64,000 nucleotides of DNA, taken from IMG/VR virus record IMGVR_UViG_3300035182_001315; one strand, given 5' to 3'. A model generated the notes under the pieces. The model saw nothing but the letters and a program-made list of their open reading frames with translations. It was not told where the DNA came from and searched no databases. Shown in pieces: positions 39,483 to 48,590 of this stretch. The first letter of the stretch is position 1; the number at the start of each line of letters is the position of its first letter. Origin of the DNA: a virus. Its lineage: Duplodnaviria > Caudoviricetes. Made by a program: the position numbers and the translations under genes.

Positions 39483-39818
39483 TTATTCAAAAAGTTGTTT
39501 GAGTTGGTCGGCCACGGTTTTCAGGGGCTTGGTTGTTGTTTTCTTTTGCGGTTCCACTTCCAAGTCAGCCATGAGGTCGATTGATGCGTTTAGGACGGCT
39601 TGGTCGGTTTTCAGGTTGGTGATGTTTTTCCAGAACCTGTCGTCAATGAAAGCTTCAACCTTATGGGTAAAAACGTCATAGTTAAAGTCATCATGGGTGA
39701 TGGCGTTGGTATCTACGTTAATGTTTTTGTTTGCGTTAAAGGTAGCGACTACTTCGCCGGTGAATGTTCCTTCTGGGCCGGTGGCTGTGAAGGATTTGGT
39801 CATTTTGGATTGTTTCAT
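39483..39818 (-). CDS. hypothetical protein
   Basis: 111-aa ORF. Confidence 0.7.
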   Translation of the reverse strand: MKQSKMTKSFTATGPEGTFTGEVVATFNANKNINVDTNAITHDDFNYDVFTHKVEAFIDDRFWKNITNLKTDQAVLNASIDLMADLEVEPQKKTTTKPLKTVADQLKQLFE

Positions 39819-40027
39819 GCTTCTAGTATAAGGGTTCTTTGTTCAATGAGTTCATCGATGGCTGCATCGTAAACCTTTATTTGGATTTCGAGCAGGGTAT
39901 CGATGATTGTGCTATCCATCCATTTCCTTTCAACCAGTTCTTGCTTGATGGCTTCACGTTTGGCTATTTCAACGGCCATGTGGGAGTTGAGGGTTTTAAG
40001 GAAGATTTCTGTATCGTATGATGTCAT
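39815..40027 (-). CDS. hypothetical protein
   Basis: Coupled ORF. Confidence 0.65.
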   Translation of the reverse strand: MTSYDTEIFLKTLNSHMAVEIAKREAIKQELVERKWMDSTIIDTLLEIQIKVYDAAIDELIEQRTLILEA

Positions 40028-40230
40028 ATGTTGTATTTTAGTACCTGCATATATTGTTCTCTAAGGAGTTCAACTTCCATGGTATTGATATCAATATTGA
40101 CAATGAGTTTTATTCTCATGGCATCCATTGCTGGGGTTGTTCCGTTGAGGGATGCTATGTAATCAATACGTTCTTTGGCTACATTTAGCAGCGTGGCTTT
40201 CTTTTCAGCAATACGCTTACGGAAAGACAC
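40024..40230 (-). CDS. hypothetical protein
   Basis: Coupled ORF. Confidence 0.6.
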   Translation of the reverse strand: MSFRKRIAEKKATLLNVAKERIDYIASLNGTTPAMDAMRIKLIVNIDINTMEVELLREQYMQVLKYNI

Positions 40231-40265
40231 ATCGAGTTATAGTGCATTGAAGCTATGGTCTGTCA

Positions 40266-40508
40266 TTACTGATATTTTTCGAGTTCAAGGGTTAGGGTTT
40301 CAACGAGGGTGGTTGCGATGGCGTACTTCAGGCCCAAGTCTTTATGATGAGCGTTGTAATGGTCAGGCAGTTCACCTTTCTTATGTTTTTCATCAAGGTT
40401 TTCGAATGCTCGTTTATAGATAGCGGCTTTGATTCGTTCCTTATTGAGTTCGAATTCCAGAAGGTTTACGGTTACGGCGTTAACGATTAGAATGCTTTCT
40501 TTGTCCAT
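40266..40508 (-). CDS. hypothetical protein
   Basis: Promoter motif at ~40526. Confidence 0.7.
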   Translation of the reverse strand: MDKESILIVNAVTVNLLEFELNKERIKAAIYKRAFENLDEKHKKGELPDHYNAHHKDLGLKYAIATTLVETLTLELEKYQ

Positions 40509-40562
40509 AATTTTAGATTATGGGTAAAGATACGATGTCAAATTAATATAAACAAATATATC

Positions 40563-41015
40563 TTAATCTATTTTTGTAACTATGCAGCGGTAGGTTCTAT
40601 TGCATTCGAGGATGCCTGTGGTGATGGCATGGAAGAGGGGTGATTGGTCGTCGTTCATTGCATCGAGAGCAAAGAATCGGTTGCCTCTTTCGGTTACGAA
40701 GTCCTTGTCTGGGCTTCCATGTCCATCTCGCAGGCCGACCTTATCGAATACAAGAGCTAAGGTACCAGTTGCGCAAGACATGCCCTTTACAGTCAGACTG
40801 CCATTCACATCCCATTCACAAAGGCCAGCGATAAGGCCGAGTTGTCCGAGGCAGCATAAACCGATAATTTCATTACCGCTCTTTATACCCAGTTGTCCTT
40901 TTGTCTGAAGTTCAGGATGTTCCCTGAGTGCTTTTATCCAAGCTTTTTGTATAGGGCCAAGTATCATGTTGTGTTGTTTTGATTTGTTTTGCGTATTCGT
41001 AGAGTTCAATACCAA
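40563..41015 (-). CDS. hypothetical protein
   Basis: WIKALR, LCCLG and MNDD motifs; real start probably MILGP. Confidence 0.6.
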   Translation of the reverse strand: MVLNSTNTQNKSKQHNMILGPIQKAWIKALREHPELQTKGQLGIKSGNEIIGLCCLGQLGLIAGLCEWDVNGSLTVKGMSCATGTLALVFDKVGLRDGHGSPDKDFVTERGNRFFALDAMNDDQSPLFHAITTGILECNRTYRCIVTKID

Positions 41016-41370
41016 TCATGGTGTTGGGTGTGTTTTTAAGAACTTGACTCAACACATACCAATTGCTTGCTTCAACAGCCAGTTGGAATGTATTGATTCG
41101 TTTCTTGTTATGGTCAACTGGAACCTTAGATATACTAACCGTTGAGAACTTTAGTTCGACTGATTTTTTCTTTTCGTAGTTTAAGAACCTAACGTCACCA
41201 GTTGAGGTTAGTTCAACCCCAGTATAATTCGAAGTCTGCTTCGTTCAACATCTTCAAGATGTTCTTTGGCGTAGCGTGAAACTTGATGCCATGGCTAAGC
41301 ATTTCATCTTCTTTAAGTGGCTTTGTTTCTGTCATGGTGGTAATGTTTCAACAAAGATAGGAACTCTTTT

Positions 41371-41583
41371 TTAGAGTTCCAAATATTCTTTTTTGGCTTG
41401 GTTAAGCCTTTCGATGGTTGCTGTAAGTTTCTCTTGCCATTTGGCCTTGGCATCATCGTTCTTGCAATTGTCGAAGATGAAGGTTTGTTTGTATATCAAT
41501 GCCTTTAGTCCGAGGGTTTTACCTCTGAGTGTTTTGGCTTTTTCCCAGCGTTCTTTGAGCTGGTCATACTCTTGGTCAGTCAT
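41371..41583 (-). CDS. hypothetical protein
   Basis: Start MTDQEYDQL. Confidence 0.6.
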   Translation of the reverse strand: MTDQEYDQLKERWEKAKTLRGKTLGLKALIYKQTFIFDNCKNDDAKAKWQEKLTATIERLNQAKKEYLEL

Positions 41584-41842
41584 CGTTGTCTTGGTTTTCG
41601 TATTGTTCAGGTGTGCAGAAGTGAGTACTGTTATATGAGTCTTCAATTCCCACCAGTGTTATGTTGGTATGCCATGAGTGGATATCCATTGATTCCAGTT
41701 CATAGGTCTCACCAATCTCAAGCAACTTGCGTGGGTCACGCCGTTCCACACGGTGAGAACCCCAGTTAACTTGGTCATCGCTTGCGCCGGTAAAGATAAT
41801 CTTATCTCCCAGTTGGATTGTGTTGATGTCAATGCAGTTCAT
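41576..41842 (-). CDS. hypothetical protein
   Basis: Real start MNCIDIN at 41842; the ORF-track extension is translated CRISPR repeat. Confidence 0.65.
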   Translation of the reverse strand: MNCIDINTIQLGDKIIFTGASDDQVNWGSHRVERRDPRKLLEIGETYELESMDIHSWHTNITLVGIEDSYNSTHFCTPEQYENQDNDD

Positions 41843-41869
41843 CGGTAGTATACTTTTCTTTCCAGTTGT

Positions 41870-42093
41870 GTTGTAAATAGCTTTCAAATTGTGGCCTTTT
41901 ACAATAGCATGTAAGACAGGTACAAGTTGTAAATAGCTTTCAAATTGTGGCCTTTTACAATCTTGATGGTTTTTGGGACGATGCATTTTTTGTTGTAAAT
42001 AGCTTTCAAATTGTGGCCTTTTACAATGGTATACCCTAAAACAATATAAGATGTTAGGTTGTAAATAGCTTTCAAATTGTGGCCTTTTACAAT
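41870..42093. CRISPR. CRISPR mini-array, 4 identical 36-bp repeats GTTGTAAATAGCTTTCAAATTGTGGCCTTTTACAAT
   Basis: Repeats at 41870-41905, 41926-41961, 41992-42027 and 42058-42093; unique spacers of 20, 30 and 30 nt; a further 27-nt unit ends at the partial repeat GTTGTAAAT (42121). Confidence 0.93.
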
Positions 42094-42120
42094 ACATAGA
42101 TATCTCTGTTTACTTCAAGA

Positions 42121-42231
42121 GTTGTAAATGGTTATTAACCAATTAATTTGAAAGAACTATTTTCTATCACAACGCATGATTTATTAATCTACGTTAACAT
42201 GATATAGCGATACACTTCGCATTTTATATTT
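42121..42231 (-). ncRNA. Anti-repeat / omega-RNA-like scaffold candidate
   Basis: 42145-42173 is complementary to the repeat (AATTTGAAAG..CTATTT..ACAAC); hairpins at 42207-42220 and 42130-42140. Confidence 0.65.
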
Positions 42232-43506
42232 CTAAGTTAAATCTAATTTTTGTAAACAATGTTTCTTTAGATTATTGGCAGCGTTCAAATCCCTCTCATT
42301 AATTACGCCACATTCACACACCCAGTTTCTATTCGCTAAGGTTAAATCTGTTTTCTTTTTACCACAAGCGCATGTCTTACTTGAAGCAAAAAACCTATCA
42401 GCTTTTAGAATATTTTTTCCTTGCCATTCAGCTTTATATGTGAGCATATTCATGAATGTTGCCGGTGCGGTATCTAAGATTGACTTGTTCAATCCTGATT
42501 TTTGCTTAATCATTTTTCCCGGCTTATCAACAGTACCACTTGCCGAGACGGTCATTCCTTTTATATTTAGGTCTTCAATACAAATGGTATTATAATCATT
42601 AATCAGTTTAGCGGATACGTTACTAAGGTAATCTTTTCTAATGTTGGCTATCTTCTCATGAATCTTAGCAACAACTAATTTTTGTTTCTTATATCCATTT
42701 GATTGCTTTTCTGCTCCGTTTACATACTTACGTTGAAGCTTTCTCTGCTCCTTAGCAAGGATTCTTTCCCAATCTTTAGTAATTGTTTGCCTCTCGATTT
42801 CGATACCATTTGAGAGTGTAGCAAAGGTTTTAAGCCCCCAATCCAGCCCAACGGTTGTTTCATCAATAATTTCTTTCTTTACTGGTAATTCAATTCCATT
42901 GTCTACAAGAATTGAAATGAAGAATTTCCCAGAAGATTCGACGCTTACAGTACACGTCTTTATTTTTCCATTAAATGGTCTATGAAGAATAATATTAACT
43001 GCTCCAATCTTAGGTATAATAACCAATTGCTTTTCAAAGTCAACTCTTACACCTTGCGAAAATTGGCAGGACTTTCTTGAAAATGTTTTGCTCTTGAATC
43101 TGGGAAATCCCGGCTTTTTACCTTGTTTTACATTGGTAAAGAAGTTTTTATAGGCTCTATCTAAATTTCCTAATGCGTCAATAATACTTTTTGCGGCAAT
43201 TTCTTTTAACCAAACCTTTTCTTTTTTAAGCGTTGGTACCAAATATGATAAATCGAACCCTGATAAATGTTTGGTACTTTTAATTAGTGAAATATTTTCC
43301 GATTGTATAACGCTTGTTGTTTTTTCAGCAACGCTTTGAGCTGTTACTTTTTTATATATAAAACCTCTGATATTATTTCCTTCATACAATTGCTTATTAA
43401 GGGATAACCCCCAATTGTAAATAAATCTTACAGACCCAAAAGACTTGAGGAAAAAGTCTACTTGTCCTTGTGTTGGTAAAATTCGATATTTAAAAGCTTT
43501 AATCAT
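42232..43506 (-). CDS. tnpB: TnpB / Cas12f-like RNA-guided RuvC endonuclease, CRISPR-associated
   Basis: KAFKYRILPT OrfB HTH start, GFPRFKSK, RuvC-I VGLDWGL, RuvC-II ICIEDL, zinc finger SSKTCACG..WVCECG, RuvC-III RDLNAA. Confidence 0.92.
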   Translation of the reverse strand: MIKAFKYRILPTQGQVDFFLKSFGSVRFIYNWGLSLNKQLYEGNNIRGFIYKKVTAQSVAEKTTSVIQSENISLIKSTKHLSGFDLSYLVPTLKKEKVWLKEIAAKSIIDALGNLDRAYKNFFTNVKQGKKPGFPRFKSKTFSRKSCQFSQGVRVDFEKQLVIIPKIGAVNIILHRPFNGKIKTCTVSVESSGKFFISILVDNGIELPVKKEIIDETTVGLDWGLKTFATLSNGIEIERQTITKDWERILAKEQRKLQRKYVNGAEKQSNGYKKQKLVVAKIHEKIANIRKDYLSNVSAKLINDYNTICIEDLNIKGMTVSASGTVDKPGKMIKQKSGLNKSILDTAPATFMNMLTYKAEWQGKNILKADRFFASSKTCACGKKKTDLTLANRNWVCECGVINERDLNAANNLKKHCLQKLDLT

Positions 43507-43513
43507 TTTATTT

Positions 43514-43526
43514 AGGCAAATATACT
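43514..43526 (-). promoter_or_regulatory. Bacteroidota-type -7 element upstream of tnpB
   Basis: TAGTATATTTG on the minus strand ~10 nt before the ATG. Confidence 0.55.
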
Positions 43527-43535
43527 AAAAATTTT

Positions 43536-43766
43536 TTATTTAAGTTTAAATCTTGATAATCTGAAAATTGGTCCAAACTTCTCTTTCCATTCTGTTACAC
43601 ATTCAATACACAGGAAGCTTTTTACATCAGCTCGCCCTTTAACGCTTTCCTTTCCGCTTTCACCCATGGCTATGGGTCTCTTGCAACATAGGCAGGTGCC
43701 ATCTCGTTTGAATGCTTCAACGTCTTTCCAGCGTTCGTGTCCTTCTTTCGGTGTGTGAAATGCCAT
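43536..43766 (-). CDS. small zinc-finger-like protein
   Basis: CLCC and CIEC. Confidence 0.65.
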   Translation of the reverse strand: MAFHTPKEGHERWKDVEAFKRDGTCLCCKRPIAMGESGKESVKGRADVKSFLCIECVTEWKEKFGPIFRLSRFKLK

Positions 43767-44285
43767 TTAGTTGTATATTTTATTTATCCGGTGAATCAAA
43801 AATTCTTCAAGTTCTGGCTCTCGGCCCACCTCATTGATAACCCTATCTACTATTCGGTCCCAGTAGATTTCCTGAATTCTCCACTCTGGTGTGCCTTTGT
43901 AATGGTCACCGCCTGAGTTGATGTAGTGGTCCAGCCAACTATGCATTCCCTCTAATATCTGTTCGTCTGTGAGTGCTAAGTTATATCTTTCTATGAAGAC
44001 TTCAAAATCTGTTTCCTCATTTAGATAATATACTTCGGTTGACCAAGCTGCTTCAGGCCCATCAATAAGCATATTTCTTCTTGGTAAAACCGTTACCGTT
44101 TCATTAAAATAATTCGTATAAAGGCTTTCTGAAAAGAAATAAAAGAAGAGTGTTTCAACATCACCACGTTTAAAGGTAAGTTGAATTGAACTGTTATATG
44201 ATGCATCATATAAAAATTTAAAACCGATTGCTTTAGCCCGTTCCTGAACACCATTAATGATTCTCATTTGGAACGAATTGAACAA
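43767..44285 (-). CDS. hypothetical protein
   Basis: 172-aa ORF. Confidence 0.65.
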   Translation of the reverse strand: MFNSFQMRIINGVQERAKAIGFKFLYDASYNSSIQLTFKRGDVETLFFYFFSESLYTNYFNETVTVLPRRNMLIDGPEAAWSTEVYYLNEETDFEVFIERYNLALTDEQILEGMHSWLDHYINSGGDHYKGTPEWRIQEIYWDRIVDRVINEVGREPELEEFLIHRINKIYN

Positions 44286-44417
44286 CTTATATATGCTTTC
44301 AGATATTATATTATAACTCCCATGCCTTTGAATTCTTGTTTCTTACATTCTGTGCATTCATGTAATTCTGAATAAGCTACCGAACCACCTTCTGGTGGGT
44401 TAGGAGTTGGATTTGTA

Positions 44418-44822
44418 TCAATGTTCTTCCACATATGGAATCCGAAATGACACTTGATTGCTTGGAAAATTAATTTTATCATATTCTGATAGATTCATTG
44501 CTTGCCCATACATTGCTTGCCCATACATTGCTTGCCCATACATTGGGCTTATGTATTCAAGAGAAAAGTAATCCTTAAGTATCCCCCGAATGAAGTCTCT
44601 TGCTTCATTCGCAGTTAAACCGAAATTATCCCTGATGAAAGCCCAGAGAGTCATGTTAACTACAAGTTTTCGTTCGACTCTCTCAAGGACGAATATCGGC
44701 ATTTTATTTGAATAAAAGAACAATCTATTCACAGCCTCTTCTGACAATTGCCTAACCTCAAAATTACCATACTGTCTAAAGAAATGCTTTCGTATTATAT
44801 CGGTGTATTCCTTATCAATCAT
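44418..44822 (-). CDS. hypothetical protein containing an in-frame 15-bp x3 repeat
   Basis: MYGQA x3. Confidence 0.65.
   Translation of the reverse strand: MIDKEYTDIIRKHFFRQYGNFEVRQLSEEAVNRLFFYSNKMPIFVLERVERKLVVNMTLWAFIRDNFGLTANEARDFIRGILKDYFSLEYISPMYGQAMYGQAMYGQAMNLSEYDKINFPSNQVSFRIPYVEEH
44496..44545. repeat. 15-bp tandem repeat x3
   Basis: CATTGCTTGCCCATA x3 plus CATTG. Confidence 0.9.
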
Positions 44823-45286
44823 TTATACTGGAAGGTTATATCATTGTATTCCTTAGCTTCGTATCTTACCCAGCCTTCCTTGCGCCACAGGTGAAAGTAA
44901 GCGATACCAACATCCAGTGCCATCTTTGAACAGATAGAGCAATACGGTTCACCGCTGTGCTTCGGTTGGTCGTTGTCATCAAGCCGGATGAAGTACAGTG
45001 AGCTACCAGTCAGGTCCTCATGGTTCTTCAATGCATCGGTAATAGCCCGTTGTTCGGCATGTATGCAGCAGGTCTTATCAGACTTGAAGGTTGGTGCCAA
45101 GCCATCCTTGAAGCATTCAGTTTGCAAGTCACATGGCATTGAGTTATAACCTTGTCCTATGCAGAACTTCTTATCGTTCATGATGATGCTACCACACTTT
45201 GAACGAGAGCATTTGGCTTTGGATGCTACCATGACCAACTTGGCCATTACGTAATCCAGTTCTGATGAGTTGGGGAGTATTATCAT
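44819..45286 (-). CDS. dCMP/cytidine deaminase family protein
   Basis: GQGYNS, HAEQRAI, PYCSIC zinc motifs. Confidence 0.85.
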   Translation of the reverse strand: MIILPNSSELDYVMAKLVMVASKAKCSRSKCGSIIMNDKKFCIGQGYNSMPCDLQTECFKDGLAPTFKSDKTCCIHAEQRAITDALKNHEDLTGSSLYFIRLDDNDQPKHSGEPYCSICSKMALDVGIAYFHLWRKEGWVRYEAKEYNDITFQYK

Positions 45287-45699
45287 TCTCCGTATTTTTT
45301 AGAGTAATATAAAAGTATTCCCAGCGCCGGTATCCAAGACCACCATAACGTGGAAAAGCCCCTTATTATTAAATCCAATTGTATTTTTATTTCTTCAATT
45401 GCTTGTTCAATGGTTGTTACCCGCTCAGGATAAGCCTCACCCCAATTAGACTTAACAACATCCATATGCCTCTCAAAATCCCTTGCTGGTGAAATAACAC
45501 CCTGAGAAATTGTCAACCTTACAACCAGATGATTAGCACCATACTTATAGGTTACGAATGTCGCCACATCATCAAATACCTTATCAATGTCTGCCTCTGT
45601 ATCATACAAGTGAATGGTTGTGGTATAGCAGGTGTTATCCCTTTTATCAAAGTAACCCACTATCTGGTTGTTGTGTATGATAGCCAATGCGTATTTCAT
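45283..45699 (-). CDS. hypothetical protein with C-terminal TM
   Basis: Coupled ORF. Confidence 0.65.
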   Translation of the reverse strand: MKYALAIIHNNQIVGYFDKRDNTCYTTTIHLYDTEADIDKVFDDVATFVTYKYGANHLVVRLTISQGVISPARDFERHMDVVKSNWGEAYPERVTTIEQAIEEIKIQLDLIIRGFSTLWWSWIPALGILLYYSKKYGE

Positions 45700-46046
45700 T
45701 ATCTTGTCTTTTGTAAGGTTCTGAGAATATCAATCATTTCCTGACGGTCATTAGCACACCTTTGACAGCTGGGATAATGAATCCAATGACGACCAACCAT
45801 GTAATCATGACCATCACTTCCCCGATATACCTTCTCTTCCGAGCCATATATCATGAGTTTCTTAACCACGCTGTCTTGAGGGATTGTTGATTGATTAACG
45901 AGGGGAGCCTTAAATCGTGTGTTGTGGCGTTTACAAGTGAACGGTGCAACGATACTAATAGCTCCGAGGGTACATACCAAGATGAAAGGGAATGTTTGTT
46001 TAGTTATTCCGTTACCGAATCTCATAATTGTAAATTTATAGAACAA
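45699..46046 (-). CDS. hypothetical membrane-anchored protein
   Basis: N-terminal hydrophobic segment; HYPSCQRC. Confidence 0.6.
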   Translation of the reverse strand: MFYKFTIMRFGNGITKQTFPFILVCTLGAISIVAPFTCKRHNTRFKAPLVNQSTIPQDSVVKKLMIYGSEEKVYRGSDGHDYMVGRHWIHYPSCQRCANDRQEMIDILRTLQKTR

Positions 46047-46077
46047 AGATACAAAGACACAACGAGATAATCAAATA

Positions 46078-46632
46078 TTATTTGACATTTCTGAAAGAAG
46101 TTTTGGTGTCGAAGCCAGCTGAGATAATCTTGTTTTCATTGCTTTGTGGTGCCGGTGCGTCATCCTTTGGTGATAACCATTCGGTAAGCTTCATGTAAAT
46201 GCTGAAGGCCGGTAGTATGCGATTGATACCAATATCCTGAAGTATTGGGTACTTGCAGAAACCAGTATACATACCTATCAGGCAGTTTTCTTTTTTGTTA
46301 TACTCGTCCTTGTCAATCTCACCATCCAACGGAAGGTAACCCTTTTCGGTATGAACCTCACGTTCTCTGGGCTTCTTTGCCCAGTACTTTTGTCTCCATG
46401 TGGCCATTGGTTCCGGGGTTGTCTCAACCTCTCTGAGTTGTTCACCGAAGTAATAGTTTCCATCCTTAAACACCCCAGTATATTTCCATCCACAGAAATA
46501 AACGTAAATGATTTGCGTTTCGAACAACTCATGCTTATCGTGGCTACGCCTGTCCAAAACGACTTTAGGGTCCTCACCATAGAGACCCACAAGGTAGTCA
46601 TAGTAATCTTTCTACTTGGATATGATTTTCAT
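46078..46632 (-). pseudogene. Conserved phage protein with an early in-frame TAG
   Basis: MKIISK*KDYYDYLVGLYGEDP (TAG at 46612-46614). Confidence 0.65.
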
Positions 46633-46820
46633 TAATTGCGTTTGAAGAAGAATACGTATATCAGGAAGGCAATGGTTGGTAGACCAGAACCCATTCCGAA
46701 TAGTATTATAATCTTATCAACCTTTGATAGTTTCCCATCATGTTCTTTTACAATCTGTTGCATAGCCTTACTATTTAAGATGTAAAGCTAAACAAAAAAG
46801 ATGAGAAATGCAAGGGCTAT

Positions 46821-47135
46821 TTAAAATGGTTGGTCATCCAGTTCGACGATAGCATCCGCCAATACTGCTTTTGGTTCCACTGGTTCCTTGCATGCTATCA
46901 AACCATTAACCACTTCATCAATGGTATTGCCGCTGACATAATTGAAGGTATGGATATAACCAACCAGCTTAATCTTTCTGGTGTAGTCCATTTCAATTTT
47001 GACTGTTACATAGTATTGGCCGTACCTTTTAGCAACCTCTAATACTGCGTCATATAATTGAACAAGTGTTACCACTTTCCTTTTTGGACCAACGAGCTTG
47101 CGCTGGGCTTTGATGTGACGGAAATTCTTTTCCAT
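46821..47135 (-). CDS. hypothetical protein
   Basis: 104-aa ORF. Confidence 0.65.
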   Translation of the reverse strand: MEKNFRHIKAQRKLVGPKRKVVTLVQLYDAVLEVAKRYGQYYVTVKIEMDYTRKIKLVGYIHTFNYVSGNTIDEVVNGLIACKEPVEPKAVLADAIVELDDQPF

Positions 47136-47490
47136 ATTATTGTTCGTATTTTTTCTTTCTCCACCTTACTTATTTTCCTCTGTGCCTTCTTTTTAGCGGC
47201 AGCAATAAGTTTGGCTTTTCTTTCTGCCATAGACTCATCTGATTCCCAATAGAACCCTTCCAATGAGACATCGCAATAATCGTCATCAAAAGCATTCTCA
47301 ATTTCAAGTCGATGAAAAACGCAGTTTTCATGGTGCGGGTATATTCCTCGGCAACCCTACGATGAAGGTCAAGCAAACGCTTGGCAACCTCAATAACATC
47401 ACCATTTAATAATTCGTGGCAATCTATGTTTAACATAATAGTCTCAGAAAATTCTAACCTTTCAACTACTATTCTGTATTCGTTGCTCAT
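47069..47490 (-). pseudogene. hypothetical gene with an apparent frameshift at a T5 run (~47325)
   Basis: After MKTAF the coding-like frame switches to HRLEIENAFDDDYCDVSLEGFYWESDE. Confidence 0.45.
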
Positions 47491-47894
47491 GATATTCTTG
47501 CTTTGTATAGCCAGATTGTTTCAGGCATTCTGACCCGTATGTTATCCAGAACACGTTCAAATGAAAGGTAACGCATTCTGATGATTTCTGTTGGTTGATT
47601 GGTATCTGCGTATTCGCTACCCATGTACTTGTACCATCTGAATGGTCTTAATGGGTTGGCTGAAGAATCAGCGGCGATGAGGAATGAATCCAAGAGTTCA
47701 GTTGGAACAGAATGGCTGGAGCCGGTGTAGAGTTCTTGAAGCTCCATACCTGAACCAATGGAATATAGTTTGGCTCTGGTAACCAAAATCATTTCCTTGT
47801 CGCAGGTGATGTACATGGCTTTCTCGCCGTTCATGTGGCCAACGCTTACGTCCAGTCCACCTTCAATGATAAAAACTCCTTCTGATAGTATCAT
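47487..47894 (-). CDS. hypothetical protein
   Basis: Coupled ORF. Confidence 0.65.
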   Translation of the reverse strand: MILSEGVFIIEGGLDVSVGHMNGEKAMYITCDKEMILVTRAKLYSIGSGMELQELYTGSSHSVPTELLDSFLIAADSSANPLRPFRWYKYMGSEYADTNQPTEIIRMRYLSFERVLDNIRVRMPETIWLYKARIS

Positions 47895-48091
47895 TTTAGT
47901 TTATTGTTTTTGAACTTAGAACCTTCAGGTTTACAAGGGAAGATGAAGTCCCTTACGATAGTAGTATCTCTTACCACCTTTATTGTCTCAACCGGCTTGC
48001 ATTCTTTCAATGCCGTGGTATAACCAATAAACCAGCATCCCATGCATAACCCAATCAATAAGCCAGTGTAAACAAATATACCCTTATCCAT
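47891..48091 (-). CDS. small membrane protein
   Basis: N-terminal TM. Confidence 0.6.
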   Translation of the reverse strand: MDKGIFVYTGLLIGLCMGCWFIGYTTALKECKPVETIKVVRDTTIVRDFIFPCKPEGSKFKNNKLK

Positions 48092-48113
48092 AAAGCGAAG
48101 ATACTAAAACTTT

Positions 48114-48323
48114 TTAATAGTTGGCATCGCCAACAGTAAGGTCAGTGGTACAAAGGAACATGGCTACCTTGTTATAGATGCCATCAGTTATCCATTCGTT
48201 CATTATCTTCTTCTGTTCAGCGTCCCTGATTCTCCATGGCTGGCCGGTTTTACCCTGTTGGATAAGGTCACCCACTTCACAAAGTCCTTCAATTATACGA
48301 TATTTTACAAAATACTGTTTCAT
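48114..48323 (-). CDS. hypothetical protein
   Basis: 69-aa ORF. Confidence 0.6.
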   Translation of the reverse strand: MKQYFVKYRIIEGLCEVGDLIQQGKTGQPWRIRDAEQKKIMNEWITDGIYNKVAMFLCTTDLTVGDANY

Positions 48324-48589
48324 TGTTTAAATTTGATGTAAACGATATTACCAAGCTCAATCTTCAAGCCGTCCTTATAGGCAGTCTTGATGGTTGTTGA
48401 ATCGCTGGTATGACAATCGCATACGGGTTTCTCTACGATGGAGTCAGCGTCCATCTGGTAACGGTTACCATCGGCGGCGATGGATACCTCAATTGGATAA
48501 TACTTCTTGCTTACATGGAACTGGGTCCAGTAGATGAAGGCAATCAAGGTGAAGATTATGGCCATTAGCCATTTGTTGTTGGGTTGCAT
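48320..48589 (-). CDS. small membrane-anchored protein
   Basis: N-terminal TM. Confidence 0.6.
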   Translation of the reverse strand: MQPNNKWLMAIIFTLIAFIYWTQFHVSKKYYPIEVSIAADGNRYQMDADSIVEKPVCDCHTSDSTTIKTAYKDGLKIELGNIVYIKFKQ

Positions 48590-48590
48590 A

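Noticed and set aside
41576-42097. 173-aa ORF with CKRPQFESYLQ repeats
   Set aside because: The repeats are the translated CRISPR array; the real gene starts at 41842.
42232-44300. Intact IS200/IS605 or IS607 transposon
   Set aside because: No Y1 or serine transposase next to tnpB and no recognisable left-end hairpin; the upstream genes are ordinary phage ORFs.
44496-44545. 15-bp x3 repeat as a functional array
   Set aside because: It is an in-frame slippage duplication inside a CDS with no spacers.
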